64,000 nt of DNA from NCBI GenBank assembly GCA_002104905.1, contig MCFE01000093.1, forward strand, positions 111,282-175,281, in the 5' to 3' direction. The stretch comes from Basidiobolus meristosporus CBS 931.73 (taxonomy: Eukaryota; Fungi; Basidiobolomycota). The first letter of the stretch is position 1. Each line of letters begins with the position of its first letter. The translations under genes were made by a program, and so were the position numbers. Of this stretch, positions 26,712 to 39,320 are shown piece by piece. Below the pieces are notes generated by a model that made no database searches, was not told where the DNA came from, and saw only the letters and a program-made list of their open reading frames with translations.

Positions 26712-27807
26712 ATGTTTTCCGAACTTACCGCCCAGAGGCTTTACTCTACCGTGAGTAAAACATCTCCCAGGTCCTATGTGGCTTATAAGTACTTGGGCCG
26801 GGTCCCATACCCAGCTGCTTTGGAATTGCAGCACCACTTGGTGAGAAAGCGCATCAAGTCTCGGGAGCTTGGCGACTTGGAGCCTGAGGATCCCGATATC
26901 TTGTTGATAGTCGAACATGACCCAGTTTACACTACAGGACGTCGCTTCGTAGGAAAGACCGGGGAAGGGGAGAAGGAAAGACTGCAAGCCTTGGGTGCAA
27001 GTTATCATGAGGTATATACCGATGTCGTATCTCACACCGCGAATCAGTTTAGCAAATAAGACCAACACTTTCTATGCAGACGCTTCGTGGAGGCCAAACT
27101 ACTTTTCACGGCCCGGGGCAGCTAGTTGGCTATCCCATAATGAACCTGAAGCGACAAGAGGTACAAGCATGGAATTATTGAGAGAACTCCTCCCCCCGCC
27201 GAGTTGATTTTGACTTGCCTCACCCAGATGAAATGTCCGCGATTACGTAACGGCCATAGAGAACACCGTTATCAACACCTGTTCCCAGCTTAACCTGAAG
27301 GTGAGTACTACGCAAGATACTGGGGTTTGGGTTGGCGACGACAAGATCTGCGCCATTGGTAAAGAATATTTCCAGTTTTAGCGTGGGTTCCTTTATTTCC
27401 CCATTTTTGAAACGTGACTTTGGGAACTCTAGGGGTTCAGGTTCAGCGGTATATCTCTAGCCATGGGTTTGCTTTGAATTGCAGCACGGATTTGTCTTGG
27501 TTCAACCACATCGTCCCCTGCGGTCTCCATGACAAAGGCGTGACCACGTTAACCAAGGAACTGCTCAAGCGTCCGGAGATGCAAGGTATGGCATTTCAAC
27601 CATGATCGATTGCTAGACACCCACACTTAAATGATTGATTGTACAGAGATCATATCCAAGCATGAGATCACCGTCAGTGATACAATTCCGTACCTGTTGA
27701 GGGCGTTTGGAACCGTTTTCGAACGTGACCCATTACCATTATCCCAAACGCACTCGCATCTATCCCAAGAGATCGACGATTTTATCCAGACATCAAGTGG
27801 GCAATAG
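26712..27807 (+). CDS. LIP2: Mitochondrial octanoyltransferase (lipoate ligase B), multi-exon
   Basis: Motifs [45 protein letters not shown] and [10 protein letters not shown]. Confidence 0.92.
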
Positions 27808-28266
27808 GACTCTTCCCAAAATAAATCATCGCATTCTCATCTCGTAGTTGTTTCTTGCGCGCTATTTTTTTCACGTCAAACTCGATAATTCCCCTACACT
27901 TCGTGGCCAATCATTCCTGGATGGCCCTTGTTTTTCTCCAGCGACAGCTTGAAACCAGAGGCCAATCATCTTGCCCAGCTGGGATAGACTGAATAGTTCT
28001 GTTGTGGTTTAAATATTGCCACTGCTACCAATCAATTCGAGGATCGGACATAAAGCCGTCTTTGAGTAAACATTCCCTAGAGTTTGTATGCATCCAACAT
28101 AATATTGGCTATTTTTCAGTTGCCCTTTTTTTACTCCTCAAGTGGTACTGCTGAACACACCAACAACCCACGCTCCCTCCGACCCATCCGGTAAGGCAGC
28201 TGCAACCTCTCTTTTGAAGCATATCACCTGCTCACTCGGAACAACAGCCGAAACCAAGACCAATCC

Positions 28267-30627
28267 ATGGACGACATTTCCCCCAAGAAATCCTCCCGCA
28301 AGAGAAAAGTCTCCTCTTATGCGGAGCTCTCCGACAACTCTGTGGATTCGGATTATTTAGAGGAATGTTACAACTCTCGTAGACGAACCACCAGAAAGTC
28401 CGTCACCACTCGTGCCGCTAAGAAGACCACCAAAAAAGCGGAGCCAGAAAAAGCGAAAACCCCTCGAAAGAAGGCGGCCACCGTCAAGGCAGAAGAAGCC
28501 AAGCCTAAACGGACCAGAGCAACCAAGGCGAAGGCCGATTCCAGCGGTAATTCTCCATCAAAGAGCTTTCTTCGACCCATCGCCTAAACCCATCTATTTA
28601 GAAGCTGAAAATGCGAAGAGCACAAAAGTGAAGAAGGTGCGTTTCTTACTTCTACCACAGCCAGGTTTTCTTGTGTGTTAATGTCTTTTTTTGGGGGGTA
28701 AGGCCAAGGGCAAGATAGAGAAAAAGGAAAACATGGACACGAAGGTGAGGACCATTTGACACCTTCCCTTTCTTGACGCTTGACTGAGCTGTTCTTCGGA
28801 ATAGGAGAGCCGCTTGCCGCAATATGATCCAGAGTATGTCAAGAAATTGGCTACTGGGTATCCAGATAACTACTTCGTCAGCCACGCCGACGCTGGTCTA
28901 GGGATGATCCAATACATCAACGAAGAGCATCCTCTCAAATTGGTAGACGTAGACATGAGAGATCAAGGTAATACAAATGTTAGATGAGCTTTCTCCTGAC
29001 CGCAGCATTGAAGAGATTTTCTTTCCCAAGGTCCCATCGTTGGTATGTCCTTGTCCCCCGATGGCTCCATGTTGGCCACATTCTGTCATCTCGGAGACAT
29101 CAAGATTTGGGATCTAGATACCTATACCATGATCCAGAAGCTCAGGGATAACAAAGTACTTCAGCCAGTAGTCGATGGGATGTATTACCGTATCAATAAC
29201 CATTTCCCCTTTCAAAGGAGCCCAACATAGATGAATTCTACGTTGGACGGTTCGTCCCGAACCAACTGTTAATAGCAGGAGGAAAGCTCAAAGACCGCAC
29301 CAGGTGGTCTGATGTCGACGAAGACAACCATATTCTCCCTTGCCCGTTGAAGGTAGGCCAGCGTTATGTTCGACGCAACTTGCGACTCCAGCTCTAACCC
29401 CGTACGAATGCTAGATTTTCGATGTAGTATCCGGAGATGTGGTTTCCAAATTGGAAGGCCACACGGAGGAAATCCTTTGCATCAAGCTTGTGCAGTTCAA
29501 GGGGGCGAACTATATCATCAGCACCAGTCAGGATGGATACATTATCAAATGGCAGATGGGCGCCGATTGGAAGTATGTAGAAATCACTGTTTCCACTGGT
29601 TCTCCACGCGTATCTTAACCGCGGAATTTCCAGGACTCTGATAGAGATGACCAGAATGGAAGATGGCATCACCTGTATGGCTTTCACCATCTCGTTCGTC
29701 CCCAACACCGGCAACAAATATTTCGTCAGCGCCTGCGACGACACGTTACGCCTATACGACTTTGAGAATGCTCAAGTACAGTGGGATTGTGTGCATTCTA
29801 GTACGATTGGATCTCGCTGACCTCCTATCTCCATTTAGCTGGTGAAAACGTTTGAGAATATGTATTCCTCGTACTGCGATTGTGGAAAGTTTATACGCTG
29901 TCTTGACTTACCCGAGCCTGAGGAAGAGGAGGATGCGGCACCCTTCGCCTATTTCATCTCTAGGGGCGTTGAATTGCTTGATGCCGAAAACAACACAATT
30001 GGTACAAGACCTATTGATTGAACAACTCTTCTTCACCTACTTACTGGACTACACGACAGCGTCACGACCAAACACCTGTACACTTCACAAACTGATCTAC
30101 CCCACGGTTGCCGGCGGGGAATTCCAGATGGAAGAGGTCCGGAAGTTCCAACACAACGAGTAAGTGGAGCGACGAGATGAAACAACCCCGACAAGTTACT
30201 GAGCGTTCTACTTCGATAGGTATCTCTCGAATTCTTGGTTGATCAAAATCACCTCCAACGGCCGTTACCTTATGGCGCCTACACTTAACGGCCAGGTCTA
30301 CGTGTTTTCCTTGGCCACGGGACAAACCACTGCAGTTCTGAGAGACCATGAAGGTAGCTTCATCACTTCAATTGTTGGTATAATGCACTCCTGTCTTACA
30401 CCGAACCTACAGAGCTCGAAGTACGAGATGTCCTGTTCCATCCCACACGCAACCTCTTCTTCACCACATCAGACGGTAAGGACCCATACAAACCACTCCA
30501 CCACCCCTCGCTGTGGGATACCAACACTAAACCGAATTCGGGGTTTCTCGCTGTAGATGGATGTATCAAAGTGTATACCTCTGCTGAACATACGCAACCA
30601 CCCGGTCCGCCCGAAATAGATCATTGA
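28267..30627 (+). CDS. WD40-repeat protein with a basic/Ser-rich N-terminal extension (many exons)
   Basis: WD-like segments (MSLSPDGSMLATFCHLGDIKIWD, IISTSQDGYIIKW, SNGRYLMAPTLNGQVYVF, SDGCIKVY) are separated by GT-AG introns; stop TGA at 30625-30627. Confidence 0.75.
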
Positions 30628-30950
30628 AACTGCCAAGCAAGAACTGTATTTATTTAATTGATTCTTTCCACCACCAATCGACTGGGCAACTTGAACTCCA
30701 CCCACATGCACCATGGCCGAGGACCATCATGAATGGATCCGAGGAGCGCGGGTGCTTGCTAAACCGGCCCGAGCCAAGCACACAAGGATCATGTAACATT
30801 TCTAAGAATAAATTTTTTAATGTTCGAAAGTCCCCACCCATTTGCATCGACCACCAACGGACTGCTCTCGGTTTGGAGCCTTTATGTACATGGAAACAAA
30901 TCTACTAAGGACAATTGGGTCGCACGGGCGCAAGAGATCCGACGATCGAG

Positions 30951-31715
30951 TCACGTAGGTGTGGGTGCGTCTGGGTTCTTCAATCTGGGGAGCACCGGGA
31001 TGACCGTGTTGTTGTTTTTCGACATCCTTCCCACAAAGGTGCTGGGGAAAGCGGCCTGTGCTTGAGACAACTCCACTTTGATCCCTTGGGCGAGCTGGTA
31101 TTCTTCGTTGTGTCTCCGTAGGATCTGTTGGAAAGGTGGTCGTGATTAGTATGGAATGCTGAGGGTGGGGAGCAAACTAGCGTGGAACTAACGTCGCGGT
31201 GTGATTTTATCTGGGAATCTTGGGACACGGTGGGTGGGCCAAAAGGCAAACGCCCGGTCTGAGCCACGTTCGTATCCGGTCTGTAGAGGAAAGGTCGTCA
31301 GAGGGGGTAAATTGGGATAGATCCGGGAAGAAGTGACTTACTTGGGCTGGAACATGGCCAACGCATTCGTGTTAATCGGACCGTTGCCTCTGCCAAGTGG
31401 CGGCCGCCCGTTCCCATGATCAAAGCCCCAACTGTTTGCGCCAGGACCTGTGGGTGCAGAAGGGTGTTCAGACGGTGGCCGCATATCTGCTGCTGGGGCT
31501 ATAGGAGGTGGTCGATTCAAGGGTCGAAAATCCGCTGCTGGCCCAGTGGGTGGCGGATCGTGCGGGCGGTACTCTGGCCTGGGCCGAAAACCGTCTGGAC
31601 GAGGGCGAAATTGGCCCCGTCCTCTGGCGTTATCGGCGCGAGGCCTGTACTGACCCCTTCCCCCTCTTCCACGGGGCGGTCTTGAGTTTCGCGGTGCTCC
31701 ATGCTCTGGTCTCAT
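30951..31715 (-). CDS. Hypothetical RGG/Pro-rich protein (3 exons)
   Basis: The ATG at 31715 (MRPEHGAPRNSRPPRGRGGRGQ) is followed by a GTAAGT donor at 31341 and an acceptor at 31281. A second intron then leads to the tail SHRD|ILRRHNEEYQLAQ...PTPT*. Confidence 0.6.
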
Positions 31716-32096
31716 GGCCGGTGTGTTGTACCGCAAGCTTGAGAGCTACGGAGCAGATATACTACAGGAAAAACTGGGAGATCACGTGGGCGCCCAATGA
31801 ACCTAATATTTATGGGAATTGGAGATAGAATCGAGTTGCAGAGGAATATTCAACCACAGAGCAGGAGTAGACTCGTCTAAACCACATCAACGGTCGGTTA
31901 CACACAGTGCTAAGCACGAGAGTATATATGCGCATCATAGGGTTAGGGGCCGCGGTCCAAACTCCATGGTATGGTTGATCGATTTCATGGGCCAATTAAA
32001 AGAGGGGATTTCGAAGAGATCTCATTAAAACTAATAGTACCATGGGATTGAGGGGTCTTCCTCTTCGTTCCTTATCGGATTGTTTGTCGTAGCAAG

Positions 32097-32622
32097 ATGG
32101 TGAGTTGAAAGCAACATTGAATATGAATCCTTTGTCCATCTGAGGCATCCATTGTGTAGAGAACAAGTGGATTTCCATGTAGTGTGTATTGAGCGCGTAT
32201 GAACACCCGGATTAACCTCCCTCTTTTCAAGGTCAACATTCCCAAAACCAGAAACACTTACTGCAAGGGCAAGGCCTGCAGAAAGCACACCCCTCACAAG
32301 GTCACCCAATACAAGACCGGTAAGGCTTCTCTCTTCGCCCAAGGTAAACGTCGTTACGACCGTAAACAATCCGGTTATGGTGGTCAAACCAAGCCCGTCT
32401 TCCACAAGAAGGCCAAGACCACCAAGAAGGTTGTTCTTCGTTTGGAATGCACTGCCTGCAAGTACAAGATGCAACTCTCCTTGAAGCGTTGCAAGCACTT
32501 CGAGCTCGGTGGTGACAAGAAGACCAAGGTCAGTATACGGCCCATCCGGCTGCTGGCCAGCCCCAACAACCCACTAATCCATTTCTGCGACCATTGCACA
32601 GGGTGCCGCTCTTGTTTTCTAA
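32097..32622 (+). CDS. RPL42: 60S ribosomal protein eL42 (L44/L36a), 3 exons
   Basis: ATG, intron 32100-32231, exon [13 protein letters not shown]...[19 protein letters not shown]...[10 protein letters not shown], intron 32529-32601, then GAALVF*. Confidence 0.97.
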
Positions 32623-32819
32623 GTCAGATATCCCATTACCAAATCATAATAAAATCCTTCGATCCATGGTTTTTAAACTCATCCTTTCGCTCATATGATT
32701 ACGAACCCACGCGTACCTTTAGTTGGCTTTATGAAACGACAATTGAACCGAACTCATCAGGAAATACAATAAAATATGACAAGAAATTCTATCCTAAAAT
32801 AACGAACATGGAAAGCAAA

Positions 32820-34152
32820 TTATATCTCGGGCCGGTTGATGGTTTCCACGAGGGACTTCATCAATTCCAACTGTGTGGTGAACACGCGCTGCATCTCCTG
32901 CTCCCTGGCCTTGGCGCGCTCCTCACGTCGTTGGATCCTCTCGGCACGCTCTTTCAGCTTGGCCTCATGTCGTTGTTGGCGAATCTGCAGGTCTTCCTCG
33001 CGCTCCTTGGCACGCTTCTCATCACGCTGGACAAGATATGTGACGAGCTCGTAAAGCTGATCAACCATCTTGCGCTTCTTCATGGGCTGGGTCGTAACGG
33101 AATCATGGTCACGTTCGTCCTCGTCGATCACCGAGTCATCCCCCAATGTGAGTGCCCCGTTGGGAGTACGCATGATGTTGAAGGGGTTGGGCGAAGATGA
33201 CTTGTGTTCGGGCATATCGATGTGAGTGAAGTTGCCGGAGACCAATTTCTTGAGGTCTTGATAATAGTCGAAGCTTTCTATGGCCTCGGGATCCTCCACA
33301 TCGTCCACAATACACGCCTACATAGTGGCACAGTCTTAGAACCGACCCACCCAAAAGTGCGAATGTGCATGCACATACCTTATATTTGGCCATCAAGACA
33401 CGAACCCGGCTTTTGCATTGGGCGGCGTTGCGATCGAAGCCGGCTGCTTGGAGCTCCTCAGCAATTCGGTCCCACACGGTCGAGTTGCGCTTGTACTTCT
33501 TCAGCTCGTTGTAGTATTTCTCCCAGAGTCTAAGGAGCAGCTTGGTTTCCGAGTGCTGCCAGTTTTCGGAGCGTTCGCGTTTCGACGACGCGGACAGCTC
33601 CCTCTCCTTGTTCACCTTGTCCATGTAGGACGGGGTGGAGGCCTCGTGGGTTGGGCTGTTTTCCTCGATGGTGGACGCTGGGGTTAGTGAATAATCCATC
33701 TTTTGGATGGACTCAGCTTGGGCGACAGTCTGAATGACCTCGTTGCTCTCTTGCTGTTGGATAGCCTCGTTTTGGAGAGCGTGCATCTCCGCATGCAGCT
33801 GGTGTGTTTCCTCGTCCATGGCCTCAAGATTCGCGAAATCCTCCACCTGCTCCAGCGATTGCACCACTTGCTCCTGCGTGGACTCTGTGTCACGGATGAC
33901 TTGCTCCGCCACGCTCTCCTCTCCTTCAGGGACAAAAGAGGTCTGGAGTGGTTTCAAAGACTCCTCGGTGACTTCACACAGAGTCATCTCATCATTAGGG
34001 AATTCCGAAGCGATGTTAAGCTCAGGGAGTGGATCGGTGACGGTGGGGCCGACCGCGGTCTGCAATTCCTCAGTGGGGTGTGGTTGTTCGTGGGCTTCTA
34101 GAGCGGGATTAGTCTCGGGCACTGAAGTGATACTGCCGTTGAGTGCAGACAT
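32820..34152 (-). CDS. Myb/SANT-like (trihelix/MADF-type) DNA-binding protein with a C-terminal coiled coil, one intron
   Basis: It contains [46 protein letters not shown], followed by an E/R-rich coiled coil. Confidence 0.8.
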
Positions 34153-34541
34153 GTTTATTTTGAAAGCTTTCTTGGATAACTTTGTGCTAAAAGTGTTGAG
34201 AATAGCTTAAACTCTTTGAATACCCCCTCGCATCTTTCAAGGAGAGTTCTTCAAAATCTATTCATAGTTCCCTCGTGACCAATCAAGCAAGGGGGTTGCC
34301 GCGCATGAAAAAAAATCACCATCACCAGTGAAATTTTTGAATGGATTTTTTTCGATGGGATAGGCCCCAACTATTGGCATAAACAATGGAGTTATGCAAG
34401 CCTTTAGACAAGCAAGGTTAAAAATATGGTTATCTCTTGGGTAGGGTGATATTAATAGCATCGCGTTATATTCATGTGGTGTGGGTAGGAAATAACTTTG
34501 GCATTCATGGTATAAGCATACAAGTTGGTAGTGTGGTGGGA

Positions 34542-35165
34542 CTATGATTCAGCCTGCTGGCGGCGTCTCCTTTCCATCTGAAGCTCCTTCCTCAAATTCA
34601 TGTTCTCCTCCTCTATGTCCCTTAGCCTCTCCTTAAGCATTGCTCGCTGCTCCTCCAGCTGGCGAACGTTGTTTTCATTATTCAGCTCGACCGAGATTGC
34701 CACCGCATCTATAACCCGCAAAACTCGCCAGAACCGGAACAAAATCAACAAGGATGCGACCTCTCGTTGCCGCCCCTTGAGCGTAAGCTCCAATATGAAA
34801 GAGGCTACTACGATTATCGCATCCAGTAAATGCAACCAGCCATGTCTACCGGTTATGTAGTAGAAAGGACCGAACACCATCAGCTTCAACAAGTTTTCTA
34901 CTATGAAGATGGCGAGGATCACGAGCGACAAATGAGACAACACGTTGATGATGGCAAGCTCCTCAAGCTGCTCTTTTTCTAACAAGGTGATGCTTATCTC
35001 CACCAGGACGATGCATAGATCAACAAATACCAAGAACAATACCAACAAGTGGGCGCGCTTGCTCTCAAGGCTTTCACCCAGTCTTTCGCGTAGTTTTTTC
35101 TTTGTGTGCTGATTGTTGTTGGGCGCTTCCAAGGGAAATACGCCGTACTGCGAACTGCGGTTCAT
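34542..35165 (-). CDS. HVCN1: Voltage-gated proton channel Hv1
   Basis: It has four TM segments, the S1 Asp (FLVFVDLCIV), the S4 signature RFWRVLR, and a C-terminal coiled coil. Confidence 0.88.
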   Translation of the reverse strand: MNRSSQYGVFPLEAPNNNQHTKKKLRERLGESLESKRAHLLVLFLVFVDLCIVLVEISITLLEKEQLEELAIINVLSHLSLVILAIFIVENLLKLMVFGPFYYITGRHGWLHLLDAIIVVASFILELTLKGRQREVASLLILFRFWRVLRVIDAVAISVELNNENNVRQLEEQRAMLKERLRDIEEENMNLRKELQMERRRRQQAES

Positions 35166-35478
35166 GTTGTGTTGGTAAGCGTCACAAATAGCTTCGAAGC
35201 AGTCACTCGGAAACGAGGAGATAACATTGGATCAACCAGCTCCTATTCGCAATCTATTTAGATTACATCGGCAGCATGGATTGAATCAGCCAAGTCCAGT
35301 GGGTGGAATCGCACCGTTCCAACATCCATTATCGGCCCAATCACCAGAGGTGCTGAACGATCTTTTTTTTAGGATTTTTTTTTGAGTCGTTTTTTTTTCC
35401 AGCATGTGGGTTTATTAGCAGCGGCGGTTTCGCGTTTAAACGTTCTTCAACTAATTGCTTGCCAACCAAGAATCAGTC

Positions 35479-35859
35479 ATGTCTGCTCCCAACCCCAAGG
35501 CCTTCCCTCTTTCTGATGCTACCCTTAGCAACACCATCCTTGACCTTGTTCAACAAGCTTCCCACTACAAGCAATTGAAGAAGGGTGCTAACGAAGCCAC
35601 CAAGACCTTGAACCGTGGTATCTCCGAATTCATCGTCATGGCCGCTGATACCGAGCCCATCGAGATTCTTCTCCACCTTCCTCTCCTCTGCGAGGACAAG
35701 AACGTCCCCTACGTCTTCGTTCCTTCCAAGGTTGCCCTCGGCCGTGCCTGCGGTGTTTCCAGACCTGTTGTCGCCGCCTCCGTCACCACCAACGAAGGTT
35801 CCGACTTGAAGCCCCAAATCCAAACCCTCAAGCTCCAAATCGAGAAGCTCCTCATCTAA
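35479..35859 (+). CDS. SNU13: Snu13/15.5K K-turn binding protein
   Basis: [11 protein letters not shown]...[16 protein letters not shown]...[23 protein letters not shown]. Confidence 0.97.
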   Translation: MSAPNPKAFPLSDATLSNTILDLVQQASHYKQLKKGANEATKTLNRGISEFIVMAADTEPIEILLHLPLLCEDKNVPYVFVPSKVALGRACGVSRPVVAASVTTNEGSDLKPQIQTLKLQIEKLLI

Positions 35860-36294
35860 TTTCCCTTCACGATCCATAGAAAATCCAACTTGCCGAAGTA
35901 ACACCCTTATAATAATTAAGGTGCTGAGGCCTCAACATATATCTGTGGTTAAATGATGCACTGCAACATAGAAGTTTTCTTTCTTTTCCCCATGTTAACC
36001 TTCGGCTATTCAATCTTCACCATTGTATAGTTGCCAGTGTATAGAATAAAGAGAAATCCAATGAAATCCTTTTCTGATCGTTTATTGTTGTTTTTCGCCG
36101 CCTGAGTGGAACTCAGGTTCGTGTGTAATGTGTATGTCCTGTACAACGCTTGATTAATCCTAAACAGTGAGAAGCACACAGATATTCTATACCATAAATA
36201 TATGTATACGCGAAAATAACATTGAGATGGAATAAAAATGGTTCGGCCCCGCTACTTACTCCACATGGCCTGCTGGTCAATTGCGCCGCTCTGC

Positions 36295-37779
36295 CTAGGG
36301 CTCGGAATCAGGCTCGGACTGTGAGATATCGGGGGTGGAGTCCTTCTTCCAGTTTCCGCGGTCAACCTCGGAGCCGTAGTACGCGAACAGCTCCTCGCCA
36401 ACCTCGACGTCCCGTGTGGTCATGCATATGATTTGGTTGACGATGTATCCTTCCAAGAAAGCAACGTTACCGCGTCGGACGTCCTCGTTCATAAAATGGT
36501 ATGGACACCAAATGGGCCCCTCCGGGTCCGTGAACGGCATCCCCTTCTCGTCGGTTGCGTCGAGGACTGTGCGGCGATACATGATTGAGTAGTGGGACGC
36601 AAGCCCAACCCCATCTTTCAATGAGTCGAACTCGTCCTCGGTCATTGGAACTCCAAAGTAAAAGCCTAGTGGCGTCCAGGCCGGAATGAAGCGCTTTGCC
36701 CATAGCCCACGCCCTGCATTTGGAATGGACGACTCTTTTACTTCTATAATCTCATCCAGTCTAGTGGGGCAGCTTAGCCTCACCCTAGGCTTCTCAGGTT
36801 TGCTATCAGTCGTTTCTGTCAAGGTTTCTTCCGACTTTACGATTACCTCGGATTTGGTCGTCTCGCTAGATACCAGGGCTGTGGAGGCTTCGACCTGAAC
36901 TTCATTGGTGGTGATGGTTTTGACCTCTGTGTGCTCTAGGGTCGTTCTCTCATTGGGTTCTTGGATCTGCAGGTTTTCGCTGGTAGTATCTTCGGTCTTG
37001 GGAGCCTCGGGAGCAGCCCCTTCGGCCACGACGTTCTCCTCAGTAGGATTCTCCGTTTTGGGAACATCTTCGATTTCGGGATCCTCTTCTCTGGGTTTTT
37101 GTTTTTCTTGTGCAGATTCCTCGTGCCTTTTTCCGAAGCAGACGGGCCAGTCGTGTTTGATCAGCTTGTCCATCCATTTGTTGTATTCTGCGCGGGCACT
37201 TTCGAAATTCCCTGGCTCGTAGGCCAAACGGAAATGGGTGGATTTCGCCCCCTCCGGCTTGAAGGGAATAAAATATTTGTCCCCGTTGGTTGTAAGACAA
37301 GCGCTAGCACTGTTCATCGGGGTCTGTTTTGACGTTAGACGAAGGGAATAGGTAAAAGATCGTTAGACTACACATACCTTGCCGGTAAAAACTCTTGGTA
37401 AGTTACGCTCCTCTGATATCTTCTTGTCCAAGGCCACGGCAGCCTTGATCAGCTCCGTTCTTGATGCTTCTCTCTTTGGATGCTGACGCAGAGCCAGAAA
37501 CATTATATACATTTGAGTGTGCCAACGCGGTTTATTCAGCTTCTTGCGCTTAGTACGCCCATTTGCACGGGAGTTACTACGCTTACGAGAGGAGTCAGGG
37601 GTTTTATTATGCTCTGTAGTGCGAGAAGCTTTAGGGGTTTTAAGTATATCATCATCGGATTCCTGGTCCGAATTTGGAGATTGCTCATCGTAATGGTTTT
37701 TGCTATCTTCGTCCGAAGATAAATCAGCCTCTAACTTTGTCGATTTATCGTGAGGGCGGTATGAAGCACAAGCAGCCAT
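36295..37779 (-). CDS. HARE-HTH-like winged helix plus PR/SET-like domain protein (one intron near 37330-37375; start may be 37842)
   Basis: The spliced motif ASRTELIKAA...FTGK|TPMNSASACL resembles HARE-HTH. The C-terminal part has SSIPNAGRGLWAKRFIP, HFMNED and RDVEVGEELFAYYG, which are SET motifs. Confidence 0.7.
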
Positions 37780-38842
37780 TGAAATGTAGTTTGTGGAAGA
37801 AGAAACGGGCACTTGCAAAGGAAAAACAAAACAATGGTCCAATTTTAGTTAGCCAAATGAAAGGATTGGGCGAAGAGTGGTTTGGAGTAAAGAAACAAAA
37901 TCAATGCAGACGTATCAGGTTGGTTGTTGCGATAGGTTAGGAAGGCAAAGTGCGAAAAAGCGAGAAATTCCCTTGCTACGATAGAGAAGTAAACAAGTGC
38001 ACGGAAAAATGTGCAGGATGCTGATGCTGATGCTGGTGCAAGCTCACCAGTTTTGTGTGGAAGATTTTGGAAATGATTGATTTGATGAAACCCTGATGTA
38101 AACAATTTCATCCAGAGGTCTTCAGCGACAGCAACTTGCCATTTCCTCTACCGTGAAAAAAATCCTTGGTTCGAGGTGCCGCAATGCATGTAGTGTATTC
38201 CGGAACGAAATAGCAATCTTAATTAAAGTTGGCATAATCTAACGCCCATGTGGAGCCGAAGGTTTTTGGTCTTGGCATGGCTTTCGTATTGTTGTTATCA
38301 ACTTGGCCCTGCGAAATCAACGAATGGCCATACCCTGTCTAATACCAATCCGACGTCCTGGGTTCCTAACTGAGAACCAGTAAATGTTTTACCCTTTGCC
38401 AAGATCCCCAATTCGAACATGGAATATTCCATATTTTCCCGGAATCCAACTCGAACAATACTACAACCAGATGATCCGGAATGGTGGTGAACATGTTTCT
38501 TCTTTTGGTGATTTATTCAGAAGAAAAGATTGCTTGATATTAAGGTTGGATGGTCATGAAATGATGCTTAGTGGATGTTCGTACAGCAGTTGTCAACATC
38601 CACCCATGAAAATCACGCTGTACATTCTTTCTATACATACAAGTAGGCGGCAGTGGCAAGGGTTGAGTGTGTGGATGTGACGGACCAAAATCGATGGACA
38701 GGGATGCGGGTAGGACTAAAAGAGCAAAATGCCCGCAGCTCAATATGGAATCAAAATGAAAAGAATGTGAAGAATAAGTTATTAAAGGAAATAGGTTGAT
38801 GTAATATTCTAGGTGGGTCGATTCTGATGGTATCCCTTTTCT

Positions 38843-39319
38843 TCAGTAGAGCGCCTCCTTGAGCACAACCAAAAACATGGCCAGGCCACAATACTTGGCG
38901 CTGGTGAACATCATGCTCTGTGTTTGTTTGGTGGGCAGAAAGCTGCTGAGCCAGTTGGCCAATTGCTGGTTGCCCTGTGGAGCATTCATACGCTTCGTAT
39001 GATAGTAATCCAAGGACTCGGAGGCCTCTCGTTCCTTCAACAGACGGAGCTGGATAAGCGCTTGGTCGATGGAATGAGTATGGATGCTTCTGAATGGATT
39101 GGCCTTGGGAGCATATGCAACGGTTTCGTAGGAGGTGGAGTTGTCGAGTAAGACTTGGAGGTTGGTTTTCTCGGAATATTTGGCACCAGCACCGCTGACC
39201 AGCATATAGCTTTCGTTAGGCATGTAACACGAGGAAAGAATTAGAAGTGGCAGTAGCGCCAAGCATAATAAGGGTAGGTAGGTGTGAGGATCAGAGCTGA
39301 TATAGTGTTTGGCGGCCAT
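38843..39319 (-). CDS. Hypothetical small membrane protein
   Basis: Uninterrupted ORF with hydrophobic N- and C-terminal segments; no family recognised. Confidence 0.45.
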   Translation of the reverse strand: MAAKHYISSDPHTYLPLLCLALLPLLILSSCYMPNESYMLVSGAGAKYSEKTNLQVLLDNSTSYETVAYAPKANPFRSIHTHSIDQALIQLRLLKEREASESLDYYHTKRMNAPQGNQQLANWLSSFLPTKQTQSMMFTSAKYCGLAMFLVVLKEALY

Positions 39320-39320
39320 C

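Noticed and set aside
1319-31790. Recurrent CACGTG E-boxes upstream of several genes (near 1320, 2924, 8763, 31784)
   Set aside because: A 6-mer at this frequency is near chance expectation, and it cannot be distinguished without genome-wide statistics.
4083-35859. Functional clustering of SNU13 with the C/D snoRNA locus
   Set aside because: They are 31 kb and about a dozen unrelated genes apart; chance is sufficient.
35473-35904. Long antisense ORFs over SNU13, RPL42, the Myb gene, the 44-45 kb membrane gene and the RT
   Set aside because: These are shadow frames caused by codon bias of the real genes on the opposite strand.
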